The position numbers and the translations under genes were made by a program. From Microthyrium microscopicum (Eukaryota): 64,000 bases of DNA. The notes under the pieces were generated by a model. That model did not search any database, was not told the origin of the DNA, and saw only the letters and a list, made by a program, of their open reading frames with translations. Position 1 is the stretch's first letter; every line of letters starts with the position of its first letter. Where the stretch lies: positions 62,001 through 126,000 of the forward strand of contig MU004248.1 of NCBI GenBank assembly GCA_010405405.1, given 5' to 3'. This document shows, piece by piece, positions 26,713 through 39,277 of the stretch.

Positions 26713-28865
26713 TTAATCAGAGATTTCCCTCTCCTGGTAACTGACTCTTGCTCCTCTACGAGACTTCCGTGCTGTCATCACCTCACGCGGGCCTACCGAC
26801 GGTGGCGGAGTTGGTACAGCGGCTTGCGCTTTAGAAGACCCTCGCTGCTTGGGCTTGGGCTTGGTTGCGATAGAAGCTACTTCTTCGCCTTTCAAATCCT
26901 CCTCCTTTGGCTCCTTGGCTGTCTCCACTTGAGGTTCTTTTGACTTTAGTTGCTTCGGCTTGCGCTTGGGCTTGGTTGCTATAGCAGCTGTTCCTTGGCC
27001 TTCAACATCCTCCTCCTTCAAGTCCTGCTCCGCTTTTGATTCTTTTGATTTCGGCTCCCTCTTCTTGGGTTTAAGCCATTCTTCCATACCGGGTGGCCAG
27101 TAAACCCGTCTATCGGGCCCGCCCATTCCTACGTCGTCCTCTAAAATTTGGAGAAGCTTATCGTCTTCAACGACTTTACGAGCAGTGGGTTTCGGATTCT
27201 CGTCAGGTCTTGTATAGGGAATGATATTGTTGAACAAGTCATACCCGGGAAGTTTGAATGTTCTCATGAGCTCAAAGACTGCTTGTTCTTTATCCTTTGC
27301 CTCGATCATCAAATCCATGTCATTCACACAAGGTGGCAAAGTAGCAACTCGCGGACTATGTTTTCGTCTCTGCGATGGTGTTACAGCAGCGGTAGTTGGC
27401 TCAGAATAGTGCATTTTCTGAGTAATCCCTTTTCGAGTCCATGTTTCTCGAATTTCTGGGAACAGCTTTATAATATCTTCTGTGCCTTCACGTATTTTGG
27501 ATGAGTCGAATACGATATTGTGATGATGGAAGTCCAGGACCATTGGGATGTTGAGCTCTTGGCAGATTGGCAGCAAGTCGTGTACTGACCAAGAGACATC
27601 GTCGTTCTCTAGCACCAGGCGCCGCTTGACCGAAGGTGTCAACTGGGCATAGGATTTCCGAAAACGGTCCAGTGTTTCCTCCTTGGAGCCGAACATACCA
27701 CCCATGTGGATGATCATCACAGCATCGCGATTCTGCTGCTCCGGTAGTTGGAGGAGAGAAAGCATCTCATCATGGTAGTTGAGATCCCGAATTGCACTAA
27801 CCACTACCTCTTTGCGTGGAGAGCCAAGCTGCGTGTATTGTCCAGGATGGGTAGTCACTCGATGACCAAGTTTGGCAATGACTTGACCGGCTTCTCGGAG
27901 TGTATCTGCAGCAAATGGTGCTAGTTTGTAGCCATATTCCGCATGACTGGCGAATGGAAACATTTCTGAGGACAGCCGCATGAATTTGATCCCATATCGA
28001 TCATTCCAGCGAACCATCTTGATGATATCCCGAGCATTGGCTAGACCAAGATTCTCAACCCATGTTTGTCCGCGTTTGATATCAGCAGGCTGTATTCTAT
28101 CTGGACGGTTTTTTGTTGCGTGTTCGGGCTGACTGGGGTCAGTTAAAGGATGACGATGCTCCAGAATTGACGCGATTCGACATGTTCTAGAGCTGAAAAC
28201 GGGCGGATTGGAGGTTCGTAAGTATGTGTTCAGGCAGGCCTATGACAATTAGTGTTTGGTCTCGCTGCCTCGCAGCACAAGTTCAGATGCAAGCAAATTA
28301 TACAAGGGACACACAAGAAAATGTTACTTACATATCCCAATCTTCCTTTCCAAGGTAAGGGAAGATAATCACTGTGCACAGGAGGAGGGCGTGTAACCGC
28401 TTCCTTGACTTGTTCGATATCTTCTTCCTTGATATCCTCCTCCTCGGCGATGTATTCGGCATCAGCATCTGTGAGAGGTGCTGCGTCTTCTTTAGGGAGT
28501 GCTTTCAAAGTGGACTTCCTTCCACCGCGTTTGGGCTTTACATCAACATTTGGAGGCTCAGCGCCAGCTACTGTTTCCGTTGCTTTGATGATAGTCGCGT
28601 CTACATTGGAGTGTGCTTTCGAGCTGGACTTTCTCCCACCACGCTTGGGCACTGCATGAACATTCAAGGACTCTGCGCCAAGTACTGTGTCATTCGCCTT
28701 GACGATAATCGCGTCTTGGGAGCCGGTCTTCTGTTTTGTTGCACGAAGAGGCGCAGAGTCACTCAACTTGCGCTTTGGTGGCATGTTAGCAAGGATTTGG
28801 CAGCGAATAGCTAGGCTTGGAGCGGAGACGGAAGGTTTCGGAACTTGACGGAGGCAACGAAGCAT
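26713..28865 (-). CDS. UVE1: UV-damage endonuclease UVDE; intron at about 28240-28330
   Basis: PWKGRLGY|ACLNTYL, FMRLSSEMFPFASH, HPGQYTQLGSP, LENDD, LDFHHH, KMHYSE, MIEAKDKEQAV. Confidence 0.94.
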
Positions 28866-29963
28866 TAAAGGAACCTCAAGAATATGAGCTTCAAAGGGAA
28901 TGAGCTACATGGTAGATGAAAAATGTTTAGGAGATGAATATGTTTGGTGGCGACGCGAGCTCTATGACGCGCAAGGCTGAGATTGAAGCGATTTAATTGG
29001 TTGATTTGGGAGTATGCTACTACAGAAACCAGGCTGCGTTGGGCGCAGTCGCGCGACACTCTGATCAGTATCGCTGCTCACCTTAACAAGAGCCACGATT
29101 CTGCCGGAAATCATGTATTTGACCTGAGCAAGAAGAGCCGCCTGCATTGAGTTTGTGACCATCCGCCACAAGTATAGTTTCTTGGCAAGGCTGTACACGA
29201 TGTTCAACTTCCCAGTATGTGGAGAGACCAGACTCAACATCTTCTTCTGTACTTAGAGCCGGCTGTTATACAGCCGGAGTGGCTCATCGCTAGAATACAG
29301 ATAGCCCGCGATGGTGGGAGTGTGCGTAGTCTTCTACTACAAGATCCGTGAGCTTGCGCTTGCTCAATTGGAAGAAGTAGCGGAGCAACCACATGGTAAC
29401 ATCTCGAGAGGAAATCTGGCTTGTGTTGAGCTGGACCTGTTTCAATTCAGCTCCGGATTCTTCAAGGCTCAGATCAAGACTATTGGCGGGGTCTACCATC
29501 AATAGAAACTCTGGAAGCTAGCGCTCTGCTTTGACTGCCTGGCCCACCAACACAAATAAAACGGTAGACTCATCTTTATTTAGACGTCAGCTCAAGCTTT
29601 GAGTTGTAGACAGGATCTGGGGATCAATTTTTGACATATCGGGTCCACAATGCTCTGCTTACTATCATGTGCCGGTCTTTATTCTTCCAAAGGAATGTCT
29701 TATTCGCAAATTGATTGCAACTTGCGAGTACAGGTGGTCGGTGTACCGTTCATGGAAAGGTTTGCTTCGGCTCACTTACCAAATGCGGATTCTGCAAGTC
29801 ACAAATATGGTATGGGCTAGGTACGGTATGATAAGGCAGTGTTTGGAGGGAAGGCAAGATGAATTCAACTACGATTACTACAGAACGGCTCACCAAGTTA
29901 TACCCATCCTGCTCAAAGCAGCCATTTCAACCAAGAAACCCCGTTTCAATGCTGTGAAAGCAC

Positions 29964-30591
29964 TTAAAGCACAGCAAGAACAACAGCACCCAAAGCAACC
30001 AAGCCGCCTACCTTGACGGAGCTGGCGCCTCCAGTGAAGACAGCAGGAGGAGACATGGCGGTGGTAGTCGCTGGCATACTAGCGGAGGAGCTAGCTTCGT
30101 TCTCGGGAGCGGCGGCCATCTCCTCTTCGTCGCATGGCTCTTCAGAGGAGGAATCCTCTGAGGCGGTCTCTGAAGTCTCTGCCTCTGGAGCACTCTCGGC
30201 GGTAGTTGATGCAGGGGCAGCGCCGCCGTATGGGGCGCACATCTCTCCCGCGAAGGCGACTGCCTCTGTAGGAAGTAGTCAGTCTTCATAATCAGCAAGA
30301 TAAAGTGGAAGACGGTAACCTACTCTTTGCGTCGTCCGCGGAACAGGTCTCCTCCACGCATGACTGCGCGGTTGGCAGACAATTTGGCGCAGTGCAAAAG
30401 CACTCGTAGTCGGTTAAGCTGCACCCTCCGGCAGATGCACCCTTTGCTGCGCAGGTGATCTGTTCTGTGTTAGGAGATTGCTTCGGAAGGAGTTTGACTG
30501 GACTTACGGCGCAAACAGGCACACCCGTGAGATCTACAGTTGCTTGTGCGAGGGCAACTAGACCAAAGGTAATGAAGGTAAGAGCAACCAT
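29964..30591 (-). CDS. Secreted CFEM-domain protein, probably GPI-anchored; 2 introns
   Basis: Signal peptide; PVCA..C..GC..TDYECFC..CV..C..C pattern; Ser/Thr/Glu-rich spacer; FTGGA followed by a hydrophobic tail. Confidence 0.88.
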
Positions 30592-33500
30592 TATGGATGA
30601 TCTAGTGTGTGACGAAAAGTGATGAAGATGACGAGAGAAGAGAGAGAAAGAGAGGATGGGGAGTAAAAGGATTTTAAAACTGTCTTATGCTCTTAGCTGT
30701 AGCTGCAATTAATGGGTCGTTGACGGCAAGTGCTGTTCACTGACGGTGCCTTCCCTTCAAGTTTCCAGTAGTTGCAAGAACAGTCAAGTCATTATTGATG
30801 TTAGTTCCACCAGGAGAGTATCAATGGCACCGTCTGGGAACAGTGTCTGCGCTACGGGGAAAATTCTACCTGCGTACATTCCAATGACCGACGACCTGAA
30901 CGAGATGTCAAGAGCTGTAGGTTAAGGTAATCCGATCCTTTAACAATGCCACAGCTGGAACTTCCAAAGAGAGCGATATGGTGAAAAGGTTTCGCTGGTT
31001 ATGGAAGGTTGTGATTTCCTGATCTCATGAATCAACTCAGTTAATACCTCTTGTGTAATGCTTCCAGCTTCTGCTACCTAAGGAAGCATTCAGTGCCTAT
31101 AGAGATATCTGTAGTGCAGATATACACAAGATACGGGCTCTGAATGGTTGGAAACACATCTCGTTGGAGCTAGCGGTCTTTCATACTGTGGTCCAACGCA
31201 TCGCATAAGCTATCATCATACACAAGACAAATAACTTGGCTAACCATGTGATGCGGTGAAGCTGAGAAAGATATCGGTACGCTTAGACAATAACCCAAAA
31301 TGTAATGGATCTTCCTCTGCATGTCTACCGGTATATGTAGTTAGCACAGGTGCTTAGATGGCAATGTAAAGCTTCGACTACTTAGACACCCATAATAGTT
31401 TCAGGCTCTTGACTTATCCTCCAATAAAACCCAGATAGAGCAGACTGTCACTAATGCCAAGGTTGTTGTAAAAAGCACGACCGGACTTCGGACTGATCGC
31501 GCGTAACACCAACCATTTGCGACAACTACGGTGATGCTTAGAACTAATATCAAGCTGAAAACGAGCGGCACGCTTGTTTGAGGAGATTTATGATATGTGG
31601 AGTAGTGTAAGCTGCGTTGCATTAAAGTACTGGGAACATAGTGATTTTCTTAGAGAGTCTTTGGGTCGCTATCTTACCTGTGAGCCATATACCACTCTTA
31701 TCAGCTCGCGACAAGAAATTGGAATGTCTCCCCAAAGCGAAGGGAAGTACCGTAGTCGATCTTCACAACATGATAAATGCATGCTCATCGATTACCGATA
31801 GGAACACGGTCACTGTAGGCCCAAACATCATAGTACCTCATATGGTCGTGTCTATTGTCTCGAGCGAGGGCAACGTCAACCTGAGCTCGTTGGCGAACAA
31901 CATTCTCATGGCCTGGCGAGGAAAGCTTCGAAGAGTCCTACGCCGAGATGGTCTCCAGAAAAGTGCTTTCAAAAGCACATTGAAGAGCTTAAACGCCGAT
32001 TTTTCATAGCTCATACGACATGGGGATCTTTTCATTCACACACGTGAAGAAGTCTAAAAATATTAGCAAAGGCTTTACGTAGGTCTTGAAGATAGAAAAT
32101 TGTATATAACGCATGCAATACGAGTATCCGCATGTGATTAGAAGTCGCGAGATTTGGAGATCTGGACTCAATCTTCACAGAAAACTCCAGACTCGAGACA
32201 TAACGCACACACGCAGACAGTAGCAACCAAGTTGATGATGATGCGATTCATGAATTCATTTGCAAAGAACAAGAGATGGGACTCACGATACAGTAAATAG
32301 AAGGTGAAAGACAAGGCAATTGGACAGCAAGCCAGTCACAGCGTTCGGATAGATAGTTGAGCCGATCAGGGGAAGGAGGTTCTAAACTCCGAATAATGAT
32401 AAGTGACAACAACTTGCTCTTTATTGAATTTCACATTCCTCAAGCGTGTAGAAAGAGGACGAGCAATTCAACTTGCCCCTTTCATTGTTGATGTAGTAAA
32501 AAGATAGTGTATGTGGTTGTTTTGCTTGATAAAAGCACTGCGAAGTTCGGACATGCTCTTTGGGTCTGAGTCTGCACACAAGAATGAGCAATTCAAATCT
32601 CAACTGCCTAAGGAATCAAAGCTCGAACATCCGCTCAGCATACTTGGATTGGGAGGTGATCAGCAGGTAAATTTGCAAAAAAAAAATGAAAGACAGAAAG
32701 TCAAATCCAATTGAAGGCACTCCTGGATCACATTGGACTAGAGTTTGGATTCAAAGTTCAACTCACGACCTAAATGTTAAGATGGTTCAGGCATTACAGT
32801 GGCCACATCCTTGTCCAACATGTAATGGTGCTATCTTTGGCATATCAGAAAGTTACCATACCCTTTCGATAGGGTGCTTTGAGGTGTCCGGATTTTCGGA
32901 TATGTCGTGTTCTCTACCATCGGTGACCGGTCACAGTCATGGCACGACAGATATGACAAGAAGGGATGTTCAACTGGCCTGAACTTTGAACTGAGCTGTA
33001 CAAGAACCTGGTAGTGTGATAACGCCTTGGAGTGGTCAAGGACTCTATCTTTTACTCTGCATGAAATACGAGACAAAGAAGACATTGATTTCTTCACGAG
33101 AAATGGTAACTCAAGATGGGCAAAGCTCGCGATTGCTGACCTGAAACTGCAGCTTCTTTTCACCGCTTCCAGATGTTACCTGGTAATTCAAAGAGCTATG
33201 GGTGGGTTCTGGTGAGGGACATTCGTTTTGGAGCTGGGTACTGTTTCAATGCTGGTGATTGACATTCTTCAGGGTAAGCAAGTATTCAAGCGGTCATCAA
33301 TGGCCTAGCCGGTGCCCAAGTACATTCTGCGATGCAGGTTCAAGCATTGTGCAAGCATACTGAGTCTTCTGGCAGACGTGATTTCTACCAAATTGATTGT
33401 ACGGACAGTTACGGTAAAGTACCTACCTTACTACTGGGTACATGCTCCCGAGTCCCGTTCGGATCCGACAGCCGCAAGCTAGCTCATGGCTAGAGCCTAG

Positions 33501-34195
33501 CTGCCATGAGAGCCTGAGAGGAGATGATTCATCCAATCTCATGGATCCTTTCCGTCTCTGAGTCTCATGGCCTATGCTCATTGGGTTGAAAAGGGATCCC
33601 ACTCAGGCGGCGCAAAGTCGCATGGCGTGCCGTCCGAGCTTCTCGTCTTTCCTCAATCCTGACAGTTTTGGTACAAGATATCTTCAAATTCTCCCCTAAT
33701 AATTTGCTTGGCTTCCCTGCATCGCATTCTGCTCGCCTCAGCAACTTACCTTTCTTTGCTTAATTGCGCCGACGGGTCGGATCTTGACTTCTTCCGTCGT
33801 CTTTTGGGTTGGTGCCTAGAATCTTGTATACCTATTTGGTTGAATTGGTTCTACTCCATACTCCTTTGTCTTTGAACATTCTGACCCTGAATTCTCTTGT
33901 TTTGTTTTTACCTGTCGTAGGTACCTTTTCACCACTCCAGTCTCAAGACCAATCACATAGTACATTCGTGAGTCCAAGTCTTGATTCTTGACTGCTATCT
34001 TGTAGCAATTGAGTAAAAACACCAAGTCTATCTTGATTCTTCACCTCTCTACCGTAATACGGCAGTCGCGACCTCCCAACCGTGTCAATCGCTCCTTCTC
34101 TTTCCAAAGCCTAGCGCGCCCCACACCTACCTCAAGTCCTCTCTACTTGTATAAGGTAGCCGCATCAATCGATCCAACACAATCACAATCACAAA

Positions 34196-36241
34196 ATGGC
34201 CGACTTACATCCTCCTCATACCAAAGAAACTGCTGTCGAATCCTCATATCCATCCTCTGTCAACTCAGTATCAAAGAGTGCTGATCCTTCTGTTATGGCT
34301 CCGGCCACCGCCCACGCCGAACCCAAAACTACCATGGATAACAAAGAAATCGCCCTAGTCGATGAAAAGAGTGAAGCCGTCTTCCCATCCTCTGATCTTG
34401 AAGAAGATACCGCCGAATATCCAAAAGGTTGGAAACTTGGTCTTATCTCAGTCGCCTTATGTCTAGCTGTCTTTTGCATGGCCCTCGATAACACAATCAT
34501 TGCCACTGCTATTCCTCGCATCACCGATCATTTCCACGCTCTCGATGATGTAGGATGGTATGTTTCAGTATATTTGTTGACCACTTGCTCTTTCCAGCTC
34601 ATCTTTGGCAAACTCTACACCTTTTATAGCATCAAGTGGGTCTTTTTGTCTGCACTTTTGGTCTTTGAAGTCGGTTCTGTAGTATGTGCTACTGCGCCGA
34701 CCTCTAATGCACTCATCGTCGGAAGAGCTATTGCCGGAGTTGGATCTGCTGGTATCTTCTCAGGCGCTATCCTCATCGTCACATATACCGTCCCTCTTTC
34801 GCAACGACCACTTTACACCGGATTCATCGGAGGAATGTACGGCATTGCATCTGTCGCTGGACCATTGATGGGAGGTGCCTTTACTGGTAAGAATATTCTG
34901 AATCAAAATACATTTCTTGAGCCAAGTTCAAGAAATACTCAAAATGACTGTCAGCGCATTCGATGGCTCCCATGGAATGCGATGGCTCACATAGCGTATT
35001 TTATGGATTTGATTATACCACGAAAAGACCAAATGATTTTTTGGAGAGTTTTGACTTTGAATAATTTTTTACTAACAAATTCTAGATAATCCCAAATTGA
35101 CATGGCGTTGGTGCTTTTATATCAACCTTCCTTTCGGTCTCGTTACCGCCGTCTTCATATTCATCTTCTTTAAGTCGCCCAAACGCGCAAAGATTCAGTC
35201 GACTATCATTCAACAACTGGATGCCATGGATCTTCCTGGAACAATTGTCTTCCTCCCTGGTGTGGTTTGCCTCTTGCTTGCTCTACAATGGGGCGGTACC
35301 AAGTACACTTGGGGAAGTGGCCGCATCATCGCGCTTCTTGTTGTGTCAGCACTCTTGATTATAACCTTTGTGGTTTTGCAATTCTTCCGTGGAGAAAAGG
35401 CAACTGTTCCTCCGCGGGTCTTCAAGAATCGTAATATCTGGTCTACCGCTGTCTTTGCTGCATTCCTTGGTGGTTCTTTCTTCGTCATGATGTTCTATGT
35501 ATGTACTTTGAAGATCTATTCCTGTGCATATGCTAATAATTCTATAGCTCCCGATTTGGTTCCAGGCCATCAAAGGCGCTTCGGCTGTGAAGTCCGGCAT
35601 CATGTCACTCCCATTCATCCTGGGCATGGTTATATTCTCCATCATCGCTGGTGGCGTCATTACAACTACAGGATACTACACGCCTTTCATGTATCTGTCC
35701 GCTGTTCTGATCCCAATCGGCGCTGGATTACTCTCGACCCTACAGCCAGATTCTGGCCATGCTAAATGGATTGGCTACCAGGCTATCTTTGGCTTTGGTA
35801 CTGGTGCTGGTTTCCAACAGCCCCTTCTTGCAGCTCAAGCTTGTCTTCCATTGGCTGACATTCCTATCGGCACTGCTATCATGATGTTCTCTCAGGTAAG
35901 CCCAATTCTCTCACACGACTGACTGTCCCTAACATTTCTAGATTCTTGGTGGCGCCATCATTGCTTCCGTTGGCCAAAATGTTTTCACTAACCAGCTCGT
36001 CCAAAACTTGATCAAGTCTGTCCCTGGTATCAACCCAAGCATTGTGCTCGCTGCTGGAGCCACTGAACTCAAGCGCGACGTACCATCACAATTCTACAAC
36101 GATGTACTAATCGCCTACAACAAGGCTATCGATCAGACTTTCTACGTATCCGTGGCCATGGGCGCGCTTTGCGCATTCCCGCTCATATTCGTGCAATGGA
36201 AGAGCGTCAAGGGCAAGCAGATTTCTACTGCAGCCGTCTAA
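34196..36241 (+). CDS. MFS drug:H+ antiporter (DHA2; AflT/MFS1-like), 3 introns
   Basis: [64 protein letters not shown]. Confidence 0.93.
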
Positions 36242-36895
36242 TGAATGATTATTTGAGGGAAAATCCTCTCGTTTGGGTATTTGATGCAAAGCCAAAGGCT
36301 GCATTGGATAGGCGTTTTGTGTGGAGCCTTTCAGGGCCTCAAAAGATGACATCGCAGCATCGCATTTTACACTGTCGGTTATGCCAGACAGCACTAGCGT
36401 TTAGACCTTACTGTATAGTCTTGTCTTGGTTGGTTAACAAGGATACCCCTCTCCTCATGTTGGTTACTTGCTTTAGAGAAGATAGACGCTCTCCTCTAAT
36501 ACATATTTTGTAATTTCTTCAAGTTTCAAGGTGCTACTCGCGACTGCTGCTTTGGATCCAATCATTATTCTTGCTAATATGCTTAGTATTTGACACCTGA
36601 TCAAGCGATGCCATTAGAACGAGTGGTGATATACAGGTCAAAATATATTTTATATGTTCTTTGATCGTACTATGTTACACTACCTTCCAGAATAGGGTAT
36701 TGATACTGCCAGGAGAACAAAGCGCTGGTGTTTGTTTGTCGTCAAATCGCCATTCAGCTACAATAGCCTTGCGTGATCGCGACAGATACCTTCCACTTCC
36801 TTCCGACACTCCTTCTCAATGCAGTAATGAGTCAACGTAGCAAGCCAATCCAAACACGTTGCCATACCGCAACGGGTAAGTTTAACCCCGAGACT

Positions 36896-39277
36896 TCAAA
36901 TTGAACATACTTCCATGCAAGCCGTAAGTTTGGTCAGGCGTCGACCGTGATGTCTTAAGTTGAAAAATGGAATCTTATGGCTCGGATGCGGGTCGTGGAT
37001 CTGTATGCTGGCCTGAACGTCCATTCTGGTCGGTGTGAACTGCCAGGCGGAGCCATCGAGTTTCTCAACTCCAAATCCGATCGCTTGAAGGGCATACAAG
37101 AAGTCCTTCCACGATACTTCTCCTAAGTGGTGCCTTGTGGAAGGTTTATGAAACATCGTGCTGAACACTTTCATCGCCCGGGCATCGACTTGAAAGGCTG
37201 GTTCCTGTTGTGGCAGCTCTACTATTGCTGCTGGCTCTGCTGTGGCGGTGTCTGTATGAGGTAGACCGTGGGTCTTGACCTTTTGCTTAGGATTGCTTGC
37301 TGTATGCTTCTCATTTGGATGGCTTGGTTCAGTAGAGATGTGCCAGTTGTCAACCTGCTGGGTCAGGCTTTCCTCTTTCGGCTCTGAATCCTCCGGCAAA
37401 GATGCAGTCCATTCAGGTGTTCTCTCCAGCTGCCGCTTCGAGAAGATCTGTTGAAGCGCTAGCACTCGAGGAGATTCAGTGGCTTTATCTAGTAGCTCTT
37501 GCCGCAATTGATCCCAAAATTGGTCAAGGTTGGCCTCCGCTGCTCGCATTGCACAGACGTTTTCCTTGGTTCTCGCTTTTCCCGCTGGGTAGCGAAACCG
37601 GCCTTTCAAAGGCATTCCAAGGGTGATGAGGTAGTCCGATACATTTGCCTTGGCGGTAACGTACGTCTTGTTCAGTTTGTTCAACTGGTCAAGCGCAGGG
37701 GACAGTTTCTTCTCGTGCTGATTTGGAACATACGCGCGCCAATGCGGTAGTAGCTCTAGTTGATAGATGCAGTGGGCGAGAATAGAGAGGTCCCCTAACA
37801 ACTGCATTACTAACGGTGTTATCAATCTACGGCATACCGTCTCTTTTTCGTAAAGGCGTGTTATTTCGTCCAAAACACTGCCGAGCCCAATGTTGTCAAT
37901 ATGCTGGCTTTGCCCGATGAGAATCAACAGGTGGAGCAGATGACGGACGTTCCTGTCCGTTGATTTCTCCAAAATGCCTGCTCGAAGCTGTATCTTATTC
38001 GGATTCACTGAATCCCGCACAAAGTACGAACGCATGAGTGGTGACCCAGGAATTTGGTCGTTTAGGTCGAAAGTGAGGCTAGTGATGCATGTTCGAATCG
38101 TGCGATGCAGGAGATAAAATTCTCTCTCATATTTCTGCGGTGCTGTAATGTGGTCAACATCTTTCGTCTTGAGCTTCAGATCAAGAAGCTCATCGCGTAG
38201 TAATCCCCAAATCTCCAGCCGCTTCAATGCCAAATCGATGGCAAGTGTGATGCCTCTGTGCCATACAAAGTTCGGGCTTTCAGGCGGACAAAGCAGAGGA
38301 TGCTTTCGTCCGTTGGTGTCTGGGAGAAATATAGCGCCATGTTCCTTGCTAGTTATGATAGCTTCTTCGTAATAGGCAGGATCTTCTCGAAGGCCAGACA
38401 GATGATCCTCCGTTGCTGTGACCTTTGCTGATGCGATGGATACAATACGTTCTAGGATCAGGCCAGATGGAAGTTTATACGGTGCTTCCTCGAGAGAATC
38501 AAGCAATGAAACAGCTGAATCGGAAACAGCTGACTCGGAAACAGCTACCAAGTCTGGCGGAGGTGGACTTGTGACGTTGGGTGTATATAGCATGTTATTG
38601 GTCAGGTCATGCAGTATTTTCAAGCATATTTCAAACAGGAATCTGTAGAGGCGTTCTTGAAATTGCAGAATGAGAAGTCCCTTTCCTGGAAGGGCAGCAT
38701 GGCGTGATCGTAACAGATTGGTAATGTCTGGATCGTCCTCGAAAGAAATTACTCTGCCATACGTATCAGGAGTCTTTTGGCCGGCTAGAAGCATGCCATG
38801 GCAACCTACTACAAAGCAAATCTTGATTGCACCAATCGAGATGCCAAGACTGGCAGCTTTGAGATCCATTCTTGCAAAAACTTCGGGGTGATTGTGTCCT
38901 CGCGAACTAAGCAGGAGAGGCAGAATCCGAGGATTGAGAAGGTCTTCGAGATTTATGTACGGCCATTGCCATGCGTCGGCATGTTCGGCTTGATAGTTGG
39001 AATAAGAAATCATCTTCCACGCATCAAAATCCGGGCGATGAACCTTGGGCATCGTTGGCCAAGCCGCCAGAAGTAATGTCCGTCGCTGAGCTGATGTCTT
39101 TTTCTTCCATCGAGCTTGTATTGTGGGCTCATGTCCGCAAATGATCTGGTTCAACTTGTTCCAGTGATCGTGTATCTGGTAGGACAGTCGTTTAGTCTCT
39201 GAGCGGAGAGCCAACGGAGTCAGAGTTGGCTGGTCAACATCAAGGAGGAAAGTTGGTGCACTCCAATCTGAGGCCAT
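36896..39277 (-). CDS. 793-aa uncharacterised fungal protein with a C-terminal HicA-like domain; probable frameshift near the C-terminus
   Basis: Intronless ORF; ARWKKKT..QR..LLLAAWPTMP..HRPDF; C-terminal W.DF..AL..IGF..EKL.GS.WQF..IQIHDPHP. Confidence 0.8.
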   Translation of the reverse strand: MASDWSAPTFLLDVDQPTLTPLALRSETKRLSYQIHDHWNKLNQIICGHEPTIQARWKKKTSAQRRTLLLAAWPTMPKVHRPDFDAWKMISYSNYQAEHADAWQWPYINLEDLLNPRILPLLLSSRGHNHPEVFARMDLKAASLGISIGAIKICFVVGCHGMLLAGQKTPDTYGRVISFEDDPDITNLLRSRHAALPGKGLLILQFQERLYRFLFEICLKILHDLTNNMLYTPNVTSPPPPDLVAVSESAVSDSAVSLLDSLEEAPYKLPSGLILERIVSIASAKVTATEDHLSGLREDPAYYEEAIITSKEHGAIFLPDTNGRKHPLLCPPESPNFVWHRGITLAIDLALKRLEIWGLLRDELLDLKLKTKDVDHITAPQKYEREFYLLHRTIRTCITSLTFDLNDQIPGSPLMRSYFVRDSVNPNKIQLRAGILEKSTDRNVRHLLHLLILIGQSQHIDNIGLGSVLDEITRLYEKETVCRRLITPLVMQLLGDLSILAHCIYQLELLPHWRAYVPNQHEKKLSPALDQLNKLNKTYVTAKANVSDYLITLGMPLKGRFRYPAGKARTKENVCAMRAAEANLDQFWDQLRQELLDKATESPRVLALQQIFSKRQLERTPEWTASLPEDSEPKEESLTQQVDNWHISTEPSHPNEKHTASNPKQKVKTHGLPHTDTATAEPAAIVELPQQEPAFQVDARAMKVFSTMFHKPSTRHHLGEVSWKDFLYALQAIGFGVEKLDGSAWQFTPTRMDVQASIQIHDPHPSHKIPFFNLRHHGRRLTKLTACMEVCSI

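Noticed and set aside
28900..29900. Short coding-like frames and a CCGGCTG/CAGCCGG hairpin near 29259
   Set aside because: Fragmentary, no family recognised; the hairpin is short enough to occur by chance
30600..34190. Short ORFs in the long CFEM-MFS intergenic region
   Set aside because: No recognisable domains or convincing splice structure; may include decayed gene relics
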